Source: Eledone cirrhosa
Lineage: Eukaryota
Length of the DNA: 64,000 nt
Assembly: GCA_964016885.1 (NCBI GenBank)
Contig: OZ024752.1
Coordinates: 50,282,001-50,346,000 of the forward strand
Direction of reading: 5' to 3'
In this document: positions 14,625 to 30,292 of the stretch, in pieces
Layout of the letters: each line of letters begins with the position of its first letter
Position numbering within the stretch: the first letter of the stretch is position 1
Made by a program: the position numbers and the translations under genes
The notes under the pieces: generated by a model
What the model saw: only the letters and a program-made list of their open reading frames with translations
Database searches by the model: none
What the model was told of the DNA's origin: nothing

Positions 14625-15034
14625 GTTTCTACTTTAGGCACAAGGCCAGCAATTACCCAGTGCATTACTGGTACTTTATTTATATATAATCGAGAGAATG
14701 CTAAATCAGATAGTTATAATGCGTAGTATATTCTACTAGCAACCAAAAAATGTGGTTCACTTCAGATCATTTTATTTTTTTAATTTCAAATTAGTTGGCA
14801 AGCTGATAGTCTAGTGTAAATATTAAGATATTAACTGTGGATTTACTATTATTATTATTATTAATATATTTATTTTTTTACTCTCTTTTTTTTTGCTAAA
14901 CTCCCCCACTGTCTGTCTTTTTGTATTGTCCCCTATATGGAGGCCCTTGTGGCCGATAATTAAAGATTTATTGTTGTTGCTGTTGTTGTTATCATTATTG
15001 TTGTTGTTGTTATTATTATTATTATTATTATCAT

Positions 15035-15312
15035 ACGGCCCTTTATGATCTGAGTTCAAATCCCGCCGAGGTTAACTTTGCCTTTCATCCTTACGGGGGT
15101 CGATACAATAAAGTACCAATAATACACTGGGGTAATTGCTGGCCTTGTGCCAAAAGTAGAAACAATTATTATCAAAGTAGTAGTCAAAGTATTGGAGTCA
15201 ATACAATAAACTTTCCCTTCCCAAAATTGCTGGCATTTTGCAAATGTTAACAAAGTACCAGTAATGCACTGGAGTAATTGCTGGCCTTGTGCCAAAAGTA
15301 GAAACAATTATT
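15035..15312 (+). mobile_element. SINE family 2 fragments (two 3' parts)
   Basis: tctgagttcaaatcccgccgaggttaactttgcc..aaagtagaaacaattatt. Confidence 0.8.
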
Positions 15313-15330
15313 ATTAATAGTAGTATTATT

Positions 15331-15648
15331 ACAGCCCTTCATGAGGCCCATGTGCCTGTAGCATCGTAGGAAGAAAACTGGAAGAGGGCATTTGCCCTGG
15401 TGGTCAGGGTAACCGTGGCTTTTTTTGTGGGCTTTCTCCACGAGCGACCCTCAGAAGTCTGCCCCCTATTGGGGAATTTTTCCTAGTTTCTTTTTTTGTT
15501 ACATCCTCTGTTTTTGATTTTTTACACACAGAAATGCCCATTTGTACCCTCCTAAACTGTCCTCTATTGTCCTGTGTTATCCTGAACTGTCCTGTATTGT
15601 CCTTAATGTTATACTTTGTGTCAACCCTTGTGGTTAATAAAGAAAACA

Positions 15649-15695
<47 letters not shown>
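15331..15695 (+). mobile_element. Tx1-like LINE 3' UTR ending in (ATT)n
   Basis: Shares ccccctattgggga and acccttgtgg..aataaaga terminal motifs with the coding Tx1-like fragment at 20399-20741. Confidence 0.6.
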
Positions 15696-15839
15696 GTATG
15701 GTCAGTGAAGTTACTTGTGAAACTCAGAATAGTAACAGAGATTAATATTAGTACAACAGTCAATATTTATATTTCTGTATTAAATAAAAATTATATGTAT
15801 GTGTGTGTGTGTATATATATATATATATTTATATACAAC

Positions 15840-15918
<79 letters not shown>

Positions 15919-16005
15919 ACATATATATATATATGAATGTATGTATATATATATTTTATATAAATATATATATATATATATATATGTTGTTATGCTTTAT
16001 ATATG

Positions 16006-16038
<33 letters not shown>

Positions 16039-16055
16039 ATACATATATATATATG

Positions 16056-16088
<33 letters not shown>

Positions 16089-16520
16089 TAAAATAACAGA
16101 TTAAAGTTTAAGTCTTCACATTTATTATTATTACTATATATATATATTTATATATATATATATATTATATACATTTATATATATATATATATATATTATA
16201 TACATTTATATATATATATATATATATACATATATAAACCTTTGCTAGCAGGGAGAGCGGACATTAAATGATGGTGATGATGATGATGATATGGATAGAG
16301 AGTGCCAGAAGAAGAGGGAGGAATGTGCTCAGTGAGTACTGAATACAATGTAGTCTAAATGAGAGACAATAGTGCTCCTGTAGAATGGTAGCCACTGTTT
16401 AAAATTTAGCAAAACTTATCAGATTAATTCCTGAACCAAATGCATTTTTTATGATCACATACACAACCAACCATACACAGATATTTTCATCCACATATAT
16501 ATATATGTGTGTGTATATAA

Positions 16521-16629
<109 letters not shown>

Positions 16630-16764
16630 TATATATATATATATATATATATATAATTGTGTGTGAGAATAAATGTAATTGATTCCTGTCTGAGGAGGAC
16701 AATCAGTGACTATTATATATCTATATCTATAATATATAGAGAGAGAGATAAATATATATATATA

Positions 16765-16831
<67 letters not shown>

Positions 16832-16844
16832 GTATATATATATA

Positions 16845-17015
16845 TATTAATTCAAAATATTAATAAATATAGACATTCACATAATCAAAATATATTTTAT
16901 TTTATATATTTCAGAGATACTGTCTTGTTTTCACAGTACGTCCTCATCAGATAAAATATATAAATTGATGTATGACATACCTCAACTGTGCTGATGGTTA
17001 AATTCCACTCTAATA
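16845..17015 (-). mobile_element. Solo family A arm with hammerhead motif (16891-16960, cleavage triplet mutated)
   Basis: Minus: tatattttat CTGATGA ggaCgtactgt..acagtatCtct GAA ATATATAA A ataaaatata. Confidence 0.7.
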
Positions 17016-17189
17016 TATATATATAATTATATTAAAATAACAGATTAAATTTTAAGCAAAGAATCGCTGCTTTCGCCCTTAACAGGATCTTCTGAAGCTC
17101 TATTTGCTCGATGGTTTTTATATATTTGATATATATATATTATCCTTATCGAGCCCTCTTCGGATTTTAGTCTTCATGTTTATTATTAT

Positions 17190-17230
<41 letters not shown>

Positions 17231-17421
17231 GAAGGAAAAGTGGTAAGGAACCAGGTGGACCATAACGCACCAAAGTACTCAATATTTAGGGTAGTAGAGA
17301 GATATATATATATATATATATATACATAGATAAATATATGTATGATCTATATATATATATGTGTGTGTGAATGTATTTTATACATTTAGATATATATATA
17401 TATACTTATGGAAATATACAT

Positions 17422-17467
<46 letters not shown>

Positions 17468-17877
17468 ATATATTTTATATATTTAGATATATATTATATA
17501 TTATATACTTATATTAATATATATACAGATATATATATGTGTGTGTATATACCTATATATATATATTTCTTATACACACAAACATACTGTGATGTGCATG
17601 TGTGTATATATATATATATATTAGTCAATAGACTGCAGCCTGAGGCTACAGTAGAAGTCACTTGCCCAAGGGGACAAGCAGTGGGATTGAATTCAGACCC
17701 AACTGGTGGTAAAGTAATCTCCTTAACAATTCAGTCATACATAGCACATACACATCTTTATACACACACATATATATATATATATATACATATATATCAC
17801 ACATATATGTATAAGTCTATATACATATATATATATATACCTATATATATATATATATATTATATATATATATATCT

Positions 17878-17922
<45 letters not shown>

Positions 17923-17930
17923 TAAATATT

Positions 17931-17972
<42 letters not shown>

Positions 17973-18173
17973 ATATATACCTACATATAAATATATATTA
18001 TATATCTCTATATATATAATATATATACAGTATATGTATTTTATAGCTACATATTATCCATACATATACTTATGTATATATATATATATACATATATCTA
18101 TATACATACATATGTGTGTAAATATATATGTATATATACATACATTTGTATATATACATATATATTTACATAC

Positions 18174-18224
<51 letters not shown>

Positions 18225-18231
18225 CATACAT

Positions 18232-18284
<53 letters not shown>

Positions 18285-18549
18285 CACACCGTGTTAATCA
18301 ATGAAAGAATACAAGAAGGTGAGGTAATAATCATTACATTGTTTTATGATAGTTTCAGTGGGCAAATATCAGTGTAGAGGTTAACTGGTGGTAAGTATGT
18401 AACTCCATACCACCAACAGACGTTTTATATCTTACCCTTAATACACAGAATACTCATGTATCTATGGACATATGTATAATATACATATGTTTATATTGCA
18501 CACACATGTGTATATAAGTATATATATATATATACACACACTCACTCAC

Positions 18550-18610
<61 letters not shown>

Positions 18611-19162
18611 TATATAAATCATATGTATATCATCATCCTCTTATATATTTATATATATATATGTATATTTTATATATATATATATGCATATATATATATC
18701 AGTTCCCGTCCCACCCTTGCAAGCAGGGAAAAGCGGACGTAAAATGATGATGATGATGATGATGATGATATATATATATGTGTGTGTATATATATATATA
18801 TACCATTTGCATTTATTTACATACAAATATATATATATGTAATTATTCCAAAGTATCTATAAATAATTGTTTCTGCTTTTGGCACAAGGCCAGCAATTAT
18901 CCCAGTGTATTACTGGTACTTTATTTTATCGACCCCCGTAAGGATGAAAGGCAAACTTAACCTTGACGGGATTTGATCTCAGAATGGCAAGCCTGACTTT
19001 CCTAATGATTTCATATGAATGAAACATTTCTAGGCCTGTAGAAGTCATTCCTATATAAAATAAAGATACCGATACTTTACTTACCTATTGAGTACCAGTT
19101 TTAACTGTGGTCACCTCCCTATACCTATCAGGTTTCTACCCATTAGATATATATATATATAT

Positions 19163-19296
19163 AACGAAGGAAATGTGGTAAGGAACCAGGTGGACCATAA
19201 CGCACCAAAGTACTCAATACTTAGGGTAGTAGAGTGGGTAATAGGAACGAGTAGGACCCCGACGGCTGAGCTCAAGCCGTTTCGACGGCTAATTCT

Positions 19297-19300
<4 letters not shown>
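19163..19300 (-). mobile_element. TA-inserted short element family H, solo copy (others 17229-17300, 23420-23562, 25660-25788, 59693-59745, 11310-11400, 12195-12345)
   Basis: Recurrent 'gtccagaattagccgtcgaaacggcttgagctcagccgtcggggtc..gtattgagtac..ttccttcgt(TA)n'. Confidence 0.8.
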
Positions 19301-19358
<58 letters not shown>

Positions 19359-19463
19359 CAAGAGAGAGAGAGAGGCATGTATGTATATATATATATGTGT
19401 GTGTATATATCTCACAAATATATATGTATATATGATGTATTTATTTATATACAATATGCGTGC

Positions 19464-19500
<37 letters not shown>

Positions 19501-19563
19501 TATATATATATACATATATAAATATACATATATATATATATATATATACAAATATAAATATAT

Positions 19564-19611
<48 letters not shown>

Positions 19612-19738
19612 CAAAAAGGAAAATAATGGTATCACTTATAGTTGGTATTCTAAAAAATATAATTTTATAATTTTACAACTTTGCTATATATTATATATAT
19701 TATACATACATACATACATACATACATACATACATACA

Positions 19739-19832
<94 letters not shown>

Positions 19833-20398
19833 CCTATGTTTGTGTATATATAATCCTATGTATGTTTTTATGTGTGTATGTGCATGAGTTTTTCTGCAGT
19901 TTTTTTTTTTTTATATTCTGTGACAATTCAACAATTGCTTCACATATAACTCAGATATTTCTATATATGTGAGTAGTTCCTACCCTAGGGGCCATAGCAT
20001 CAAGGCACTTTATGAAGTTAGTACTTGGGACCTGAGATTTAAGCTCAACATTTCAAGTAGTTTGTTATAATAGAATATACCCTCACTATCGGGTGGGTAT
20101 CTCCCCTGGGTATCTCCCCTATTTATTTTTCTAGGTATAAACATTTCTCTATTTCGATAGGTATCTTGGTATAACTAATCACCTGTGAGGTGAGTTATTA
20201 TAGTGAGGTGTCCATGGGAAAATTAATTTAAATAAAATATGTCCTTGTGTGAGAAAATCTTGGAAATCCCTGATATAGGGTAACCTAGGTGTTAATAAAG
20301 GATAGATAGATAGATAGATAGATGGATGGATGGATGGGTAGTTAAGTAGGTAGATAGATAGATAGATAGATAGATAGGTAGATAGATAGATAGATAGA

Positions 20399-20741
20399 TT
20401 TCTTTATTTGCCACAAGGGTGCACAAGAAAAGGGGAACAATACAAAGACACATGCTGGGGATTTTACATACATTCATGTAAAAATGTTGAAACAAACAAT
20501 TATAACAATCGAAATCCCCAATAGGGGGGAGGCGCCACAAATGGGTTGTTTAATACCCCGTAGATAGAACAACCCTCAACTCCAGGAGCATATTGTGCAA
20601 GTGCTCCTTTCTTCCTTTTGCTCTCTTCTTTAACCTACAGGTTTATAAACAGAGAAAGCCGAATCACTCGGGCCATTTTCACTTCATTCACCCACCTTTC
20701 AGTAAATTTACTGGGGTGCAGTGCCTCTCTCTCCACTCTAG
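20399..20741 (-). mobile_element. Tx1/L1-like LINE 3' end inserted in (GATA)n
   Basis: Minus 20739-20635 reads RVEREALHPSKFTERWVNEVKMARVIRLSLFINL*, resembling a Tx1 ORF2 C-terminus; UTR ends acccttgtggcaaataaagaaa(TCTA)n; GATA repeats on both sides. Confidence 0.65.
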
Positions 20742-21649
20742 ATAGATAGATAGATAGATTATACAACAGGGGAGGGGGGGGGGTGATTAAGAACAATGTA
20801 CATCACAAAATACTTTATCAATTCTGGTATAGGCACTGCCTCCATCTCTCTCAATCTTCCCATCTCTCACTATTAAAAGGGGGCCCATGTGCTGGGTGTT
20901 AATTCATAATCATTTCTTAAAGTCATATACCAAGGTATTTATTCTATAATCACAGGTGTTTTTCCATTTGTATTTATTTTGGTTTTGTTGTTCCAATTTT
21001 TTTTTTTTGTTTGATTGTTTTTAGAAAGATCTAGTTATATTAATAATAATAATGAAATTATTGTGTAAAGTGCTCAGGTGCACTACAACTCGTCAAAGGT
21101 GTATGTATAGTACATAGACTAATACACAAATGTCAGGGAAGTACATGTGTGTATGTGTTAGTTGTAGTGTTGGCGGATATATGTTTTTATATAATGTATT
21201 TAGAAAGAAAGGTAATAAAATTATGTAATACACACATATCTATATATGTAATATGTGTATATGTGTTTATACATGTGTGAGTGTGTGTATATGCATATAT
21301 ATATATATATATAATCATCATCCTCGTCATTTAACATCCACTTTCCATGGTAGCATGAATATATATACATATATATATGTTGTCCCACCCTTGCGGACGT
21401 AAAATGATGAATGATGAATGATAATGATATTAGTATATATATATATATATACTTTTATACATATATATATATATGTATAAGAGTATATATATATGTATAT
21501 ATATATTCATGCTACCGTGGAAAATGGATGTTAAATGATATATATATTAATATACATTAGTATATATAAATATTTTTTTTTTTAAAATATTTATCTGATG
21601 ATGATGATTATATATATATATATTTTTCAATATTTATCTGATGATGATG

Positions 21650-21803
<154 letters not shown>

Positions 21804-21819
21804 TAATGTATATTAATAT

Positions 21820-22157
21820 GGAGGCACATGTCTTAGAGGTTAGAGCATTTGCCTTGCAATCGAAAGATTGTGAGTTCAATTCTCAGACCGGGTGGTGTGT
21901 TGTTTCCTTGAACAAGACACTTTATTTCACATTGCTCCAGTTTACTCAGCTGTAGAAATGAGATGATAAGGACTGGGGTCCCTAGCATTCCATTGCAAAG
22001 TGGTCGTGGAAGCGCCAAGGCAAAAAAAGCACCCAGCACTCACTGTAAATGAGGTTGGTGTTAGGAAGGGCATCCAGCTGTAGAAATCAAGCCAGCATCA
22101 GTTCCCGTCTCACCCTTGCAAGCAGGGAAAAGCGGACGTAAAATGAAATGATGATGA
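21820..22157 (+). mobile_element. SINE family 1, full length
   Basis: High similarity to 4910-5248. Confidence 0.88.
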
Positions 22158-22384
22158 TATATATATATATATAGCAATAACTTTCTAAAATCTTATTTCT
22201 TCATAGAGTGAAATATTTTTTTTAATAAATTACCAGAGAAATATTTTATTCTTGCTGAAGAAAATAGTTTACAGTGTTTTTACTTGTTTTTACATTTTTA
22301 CTTTTTTTGTTTTAAACTAAATCATCAGAAGGTTGGAGTTACTGGTATGTAAGAGGTTTTTATATTGCTGTTTGTTATATGTGA

Positions 22385-22818
22385 TGCAAAGCGGCCGAAA
22401 TGGGGTTCCTCCAAAGGATCTTTGGAGTAGTGTTACTCGATAAAGTGCGTTGCTCGGAGATCAGAGAGTCACTCCAGGTGGAGCCACTACTTCTCTGAAT
22501 TGAGAGATTACAGCTGTGCTACTATGGGCACGTGGTTAGAATGTCACAGGAAAGAATTGCTGGACAGATTTTACAGGCAAAACCAACCAGCAAGAGACCC
22601 AGGGGTAGACCTTGAGCAGGATTGTTGGACAACATCCATGAGCTTGGCTGGTCTTGCTTGGGGATCCAGCTGGATCTGTTGGAGACGGTTGCTTCTGATA
22701 GGACCCACTGGAGGGAGGAGTTTTTGAGGACCGTCTCAGGAATAACTGGGAGAAGAAGAAGAAGAAGAAGAAGAAGAAGAAGAAGAAGAAGAAGAAGAAG
22801 AAGAAGAAAAAGAAGAAG
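22385..22818 (+). mobile_element. RTE (Rex3/Expander-like) LINE 3' fragment, pseudogenised, (AGA)n tail
   Basis: AAEMGFLQRIFGVVLLDKVRCSEIRESLQVEPLLL*IERLQLCYYGHVVRMSQERI..KRPRGRP*..DRTHWR. Confidence 0.85.
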
Positions 22819-23089
22819 TAGTAGTTGTAGTAGTAGTTAGGTGGGCAACTGTAAGTTAGTTTGACAATGTTTCTGTTGGTAACTTTGGTGCAGTGGGTTG
22901 TGCAGGAGAAGGGATCAATGGACAGTTTCTTGTTGCCCTGATGTCTTCATATCAAAGCACTGGTACTAGTGTTTGGATAAATGGTGCTAAGTAGAAACTG
23001 TTTAGTGTGAGTGTCTGACTCTGACAAGGATGTTTACTGTCATATATATACAAATGTATATGAATATGTATGTGTGGGAGTGTGTGTAT

Positions 23090-23412
23090 ATCATCATTTT
23101 TACGTCTGCTTTTCCCTACTTGCAAGGGTGGGACGGGAACTGATTCTGCCTTGATTTCTACAGCTGGATGCCCTTCCTAACACCAACCTCATTTACAGTG
23201 AGTGCTGGGTGCTTTTTTTGCTGTGGCGCCTCCACGACCACTTTGCAGTGGAATGATAGGGACCCCAGTCCCTATCATCTCATTTCTACAGCTGAGTAAA
23301 CTGGATCAATGTGAAATAAAGTGTCTTGCTCAAGGAAACAACACATCACCCGGTCTGAGAATTGAACTCACAACCTTTTGATTGCAAGGCCAATGCTCTA
23401 AAATGTGCCTCC
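23090..23412 (-). mobile_element. SINE family 1
   Basis: Reverse complement of 4910-5248. Confidence 0.88.
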
Positions 23413-23559
23413 ATATGGACTGAGTGCAGAATTAGCCGTTGAAACGGCTTGAGCTCAGCCGTCAGAATCCTACTCGTTCCTATTACCCACTCTACTACCC
23501 TAAGTATTGAGTACTCTGGTGCGTTGTGGTCCATCTGGTTCCTTACCACACCTCCTTCG

Positions 23560-23594
<35 letters not shown>

Positions 23595-23660
23595 ATGAGT
23601 TGTAGTGCACCTGAACACTGTACACAATAATTTCATCATCATTATTATTATATATATATA

Positions 23661-23830
23661 GGGCGGTGAATTGGCAGTATCGGTAGAGGGTTGGACGCCA
23701 TGCTTTCTAGCTGAGTTCAAATCCCGCCGAGGTTAACTTTGCCTTTCATCCTTACGGGGTCGATAAAATAAAGTACCAGTAATGTACTGGGTAATTGCTG
23801 GCCTTGTGCCAAAAGTAGAAACAATTATTA
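23661..23830 (+). mobile_element. SINE family 2 (tRNA head, Meta/MESC-like core); other copies 9297-9392, 14620-14680, 18862-18985, 27376-27487, 38148-38340, 38403-38530, 39860-40052, 50583-50775, 56317-56500
   Basis: gggcggtgaattggcagtatcggtagag A box, gagttcaaatccc B box, gcctttcatccttacggggtcgataaa core. Confidence 0.85.
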
Positions 23831-23843
23831 TTATATATATATA

Positions 23844-24061
<218 letters not shown>

Positions 24062-24775
24062 CAAGGGCGGTGCCCCAGCATGGCCTCAGCCGGATGGCTG
24101 AAACAGGTAAAAGAGAATATATATATATATATGTATATATATATAAAGAGAGAGAGAGAGTGAGATGTATATAAAAGGTAGGATATATAATATAAAATGA
24201 AAACTGTTGACTTAAATATTTTATCAAAGAAATGGAAACGAAGGTAGCAATCTCAATATTGTTTTAAAATGATATTATAAGCAACACACAGTTATATAAA
24301 ATATGAGAATAACTTTATAAGTAAAGATAGAGAAGTGGAAAACGAAGATATATTAATTTGTCATTCTTATTTCGCATTTTAACACATCTTTATAACAGTG
24401 AAGAAACTACTATGGTTTGGTAATATTTTTTTTTTTTTTTCAAATTAATGTGGAATGACTTTCAGAGAGATATTACAAGAGCAGAGGCAGTTATAAAACT
24501 ATAGTAGTAATTATATAGAATCAATAAATTGCATCACTATTTGCAGTGGTATCAGAATGGTGATAGAATTTCACTCATGAAGATTCTCACTGAGAACAAT
24601 TACTACTCTGCAGTAGAAAAAAAAATTAAATAAAAAACAACTTAGTTTAGAATTTTTTTAATTTTGTTATTTTCAACGTGAAATTGTATTACAACACCTC
24701 TATAGATGTTTAATATGTTGCATATTTAAATAAATAAATATATATATATATATTTCTATATATATATATTTATAT

Positions 24776-24978
24776 ATAGGAAAAGAGTCAGGACCCCGAC
24801 AGCTGAGATCCAGCCGTTTCGACAGCTAGATCCGAACTGTTCGGATCTAGGTGTCAAAATGGCCGGAGCTCAGCCATCAGAGTCCTGACTCTTTTCCTAT
24901 TACCCACTCTACTACCCTAAGTATCAAGTACTCTGTGTGTTATGGTCCACCTGCTTCCTTACCACACTTTCTTTATTT
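24776..24978. mobile_element. Fold-back cassette, family H
   Basis: Arms ~24776-24837 / 24839-24900, tail to 24978, TA flanks. Confidence 0.8.
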
Positions 24979-25058
24979 TATATATATATATAAATACACT
25001 GAATCAGTTATAAACATGAATATTTGTTGAATTACCAACATATTGAATATCCCTTTTG

Positions 25059-25089
<31 letters not shown>

Positions 25090-25093
<4 letters not shown>

Positions 25094-25287
25094 TCATCAT
25101 CATCATCATCGTTTAACGTCCATCTTCCACGCTTGCATGGGTTTGGACGGGAGTTTTCCCACTTGAGGCAAGAGTGGTTGTCTTGCTCGCATAGGACTGT
25201 CTGGCGGGTTTTCTACGGCTGGATGCCCTTCCTAACACCAACCACATTTACAGTGTGGGGCTGGGAGGTTTTTACCGTGTTGCCTAC

Positions 25288-25290
<3 letters not shown>
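25090..25290 (-). mobile_element. SINE-1-related subfamily 3' part (also 37390-37632 +, 59275-59490 -)
   Basis: cgtttaacgtccatcttccacgcttgcatggg..ggatgcccttcctaacacc. Confidence 0.8.
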
Positions 25291-25349
<59 letters not shown>

Positions 25350-25570
25350 GGCAACATGAATGGACCGGTTAATTTTCTGAAAAAAACATTTTTTTCTGAT
25401 TCCGTCCTGTCCATCCCTTCAATCTTTATAATTTCTCATTCTTTCTTTTAATGAAGGACTAGCATCTGAAATGTTAAGACTGAATGTTAAGACTATTTCA
25501 AGCATTAACCTAATATATTCCTTCCATATACTGTACTGATTGTGTTGTTATTTCTGTTTACCTTTTACAT
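25350..25570 (+). mobile_element. Penelope-pLTR-like element, decayed hammerhead (family J; also 26825-26905 -, 59770-59905 +)
   Basis: Homologous to the intact copy at 59770-59905. Confidence 0.65.
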
Positions 25571-25658
<88 letters not shown>

Positions 25659-25786
25659 CAGATAGGGTGTGGTAAAATACCAGGCGGATCATAACCCACC
25701 AGAGTACTCGATACTTGGGGTAGTAGAGTGGGTAATCTAGCTGTCAAAATGGCTGGAGCTCAGCCTTTGGGATCCTGAATCTTTTC

Positions 25787-25822
<36 letters not shown>

Positions 25823-25826
<4 letters not shown>

Positions 25827-26186
25827 GACCGTGGCCTCTGGCGTCACGCAGTAATACAGAGTACCCGACCTCCCATGGGTACAAGCTGAAGCATATAGAC
25901 AATATGCCCCCACCCCCTCCCACTGCAAAGTGGTCGTGGAGGTGCCACGGCAAAAAAGCACCCAGCCCACACTGTAAAGTGGACGTGTAGGTGCCACGGA
26001 AAAAAGCACCCAGCACTCACTGTAAATGAGATTGGTGTTAGGAAGGGCATCCAGCTGTAGAAATCAAGCCAAAATCAGTTCCTGTATGAGCAAGGCATGG
26101 TCAGCCGACCAGACACTGCCCACAACAGGACAACCCGTCTAACCCATGCTAGCATGGAAGAACGGACGTAAAACGGTGATGATGAT
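25823..26186 (+). mobile_element. RTE-LINE/SINE composite 3' end
   Basis: HDRGLWRHAVIQSTRPPMGTS* followed by SINE-1 core modules and (GAT)n tail; also 59912-60420 and 61830-62175. Confidence 0.8.
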
Positions 26187-26254
26187 AAGTATAAAGAAAG
26201 TGCTCAAGCACAGAAATGCTATAAACATAACTTATGAATTAGGGTGAAGACCAT

Positions 26255-26317
<63 letters not shown>

Positions 26318-26726
26318 CATCCAGCTGTAGAAATCAAGCCAAAATCAGTTCCCGTCCCACCCTTGCAAGCAGGGAAAAAGCGGATGTAAAAATGAAATGA
26401 TGATGATGTTACTTTGATAGGTTTTGACCAGTATTAGTCCAGGCCATGTTTAACTTAATAGCACTACCTGGCGAAGTCTTTTTAAAAAAATCTTGACAGA
26501 TGCTACAGCTAAGACATTAAGGTCACATAGAGGTGACTGAAAGGAATACAGGAAATTTAAGGATTAAGAAGGCTATTACTATCAACCAAATAATACCAGA
26601 GATAAATAATAGGTCAGAAATGCATGAGGTAGAATGATTACTATAACAACCCCATGCATGCACATGTGTTGTGTAAACACATAAACCAGTTAGGAAAGAA
26701 ACTCCAATCTCTCATTTTCTTTTGAA

Positions 26727-26814
<88 letters not shown>

Positions 26815-26925
26815 GTATATATATGTAAAAGGTAAACAGAAATAACAACACAATTGGTACAGTATATGGGAAGGAATATATTAGGTTAATGCTTGATATA
26901 GCAGAAATATATATATATATATATA

Positions 26926-27110
26926 TTAGAAAGTGAGGTTTTTTTTACAAAATGAAAAATAACCGAGGTGTCCTACACGAGTGGAAGTATAAAGAAAAAG
27001 GGATGAAATCGAAAATGCAACTGAAGTCTTATTTTTTTAAAAACCAAATAAATATATATATTTTTTTTTTAAATAAGACTTCAGTTGCATTTTCGATTTC
27101 ATCCCTTTTT

Positions 27111-27117
<7 letters not shown>
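26926..27117. mobile_element. Fold-back cassette, family I
   Basis: Perfect arms 26988-27034 / 27071-27117, tail 26926-26987, TA flanks. Confidence 0.75.
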
Positions 27118-27197
<80 letters not shown>

Positions 27198-28536
27198 TAT
27201 CATTCAATTAATGAAAGTTGGTTGATCATATAATCTGCCAACTGTTTTTTTTGTAAACAGACGTAAAGCACTCTACGATTCGTATTCTTGAAGATTTTCT
27301 CGCTAAGGTATCAACCAGAGTTTCAATATTATGAATTAGAGAGACAGTTTTATGTGTTCACCTTTTTATTATTTTAATAATTGTTTTTACTTTTGGCACA
27401 AGGCCAGCAATTATCTCAGTGTATTACTGGTTCTTTATTTTATCGACCCCATAAGGATGAAAGGCAAAGTTAACCTCGGCGGGATTTTAATAATAAAAAT
27501 ATATTCACTTAAAATTATTGTCCCTTGTCAACTGGTCCACCTTTGCTTTAGCCTGGTTGTTAGCAATAAGTACCATTTCATACTAAATCATTACTCTAAC
27601 AGTGATAAACTTATTTCTTATTAGCGCCATATGAATAAAACTAGAGCTGAACAATAGCAACTCCCAACTGTGCCACTTGGCAAGGCAAATGTTTATATTA
27701 CATATACTTTAATACAGAACACATTAGTTAAATATCATAGATATGTTTGTACAAATATCAGCGGGGTTTTCATTTAATATCTTTAAAATTAGATTTAATA
27801 TAAATGCAAAAGTATAACAACAACGATGAAAAAAAAATGAGATAATTAACTTAATTTCTTTTATATACATACAATATTCTATAAAAGGCTGAACAGAATG
27901 TAAAATTTAAGGTGTTGAAAATGAATATTTATGTCTATTATAGCTTATGAAAAGGCATTGAAACAATAAAAATTATATACAATATGACAAAAACAAAACA
28001 AAGGGGAAAACAATAAATATAACATATTGATTTATATTGTAGAGAAAAATACAACAGAAAGAAAAATGAGAAAAAGGAAAAGGAAAGCTATTTTACCCAT
28101 TGCTTTATAAATGTAAGAAGAATAGAAAAGTTTATCATATTGTTATAAAAATAAAGAGACAATAATACACAAAGTTAAGAATTCTTTTCAACTTAGTAAT
28201 CAATATTTTACAATTTACTACACATAATGAAAATTTATCTGGAAATCTAAACAGTGTTTAGAAATGGAACAAATAACATTAATTTCATGATGATATCAAT
28301 ATCAGGTGAAATAAGCAAAAATTGCAGGGAAAGGAGGGAAAAACAAAGGATTATATGTGAAACATGATGATTGGAAAAGCTATTCAACTGAGCATCAATA
28401 AATTGACAATATATATAAAAGAAATTATAAGCAAAACAACACCCACCCTTCAAAATTAAGTAGGCATAAAATAAATGTGTGAAATGTTAAAGGGGGAGAT
28501 GAACCATATATATGTATGTATGCACACATATGTATG

Positions 28537-28573
<37 letters not shown>

Positions 28574-28658
28574 TATATATATATACTGACATATATAAAT
28601 ACATGCACACATATATGTATGCATATATATATATATATGTGTGTGTGTATGTATGCAT

Positions 28659-28715
<57 letters not shown>

Positions 28716-28724
28716 TAAATATGC

Positions 28725-28769
<45 letters not shown>

Positions 28770-29006
28770 TATACATATATATGTATATATGCATATATGT
28801 ATATGCATGTATGTATATATATATATGGATATATATATGCATGTATGTATATACATATATGTATATATATATATGGATGTATGTATACATAGACACACGC
28901 ATATATGTGTGTACATAAATGCATGCACTTATATGTGTGTGTGTGTATGCCTGAGCGTAAGTCATTTAATAAAGTGTGAACTGGGGAATAATAAAGATAT
29001 ACATAT

Positions 29007-29055
<49 letters not shown>

Positions 29056-29076
29056 TATATATACATACATATATAT

Positions 29077-29146
<70 letters not shown>

Positions 29147-29751
29147 TCTACATCCATCCTCCACAAAAAAAAAAGAAAAAGAAAACATCAGTAAAAATAT
29201 ATAAAATATATGAGTCAGTTCTTCGTGGAATATCAGAACATTCCGGAACTTCAATAAGGTATTAAAGACAACACCAAAAATAAAATAAAATAAAATAAAA
29301 AATAAAACACTTTGTAGATATCCCCGAAATCTTTATTAAAATCAGTTTCTTATTACAAAATTTGGAAAAAAGATAAAAGTAAAACAAAGTTTTGGAAGAA
29401 AAGTAAGACAAAATAAAACGCACAAAGGAGGAAAAAAATCAGTAAAGTAATAATAGAAACCATTGAAGCTTGTCTATAAAAGGTGATTATTTGCTAACAA
29501 GCGAGACAATAATGAGAAGAGACCCTAAAAAAGGGAGAGGAGGAGAATGAGGAGGTGGAGGGGATTATCCTATAAAAAAAAAAATAATTATCCGATTCCA
29601 ATGTAATAATAGTTATGAAATGTGACAATTACCAAGATATGATCAACTAAAATTGTTAGAGAGAAAGAGAGGCATATACATACATATATATATATGTGTG
29701 TGTATGTGTGTGTGTGTGTGTATGCATGTATGTGTATATGAGTATGTATAC

Positions 29752-29783
<32 letters not shown>

Positions 29784-29839
29784 ATGTATATGCACACACA
29801 TAAGCACACATGCACATATCTATCAATCTATATATAGAC

Positions 29840-29872
<33 letters not shown>

Positions 29873-29937
29873 TATATACACACATACATATATATATATA
29901 CATACATATATACATACATATATACATACATATATAT

Positions 29938-29985
<48 letters not shown>

Positions 29986-30124
29986 TTACATACACATATA
30001 CATATATATATATATTCTTACATATATACATACAGATATATATATATATTCACACATACATATATATATACATACATATATACATACATATATACATACA
30101 TATATATACACACATATATATATA

Positions 30125-30193
<69 letters not shown>

Positions 30194-30255
30194 TTACATA
30201 CACATATACATATATATATATACTTACATATATACATACACATATATATGTATAC

Positions 30256-30292
<37 letters not shown>

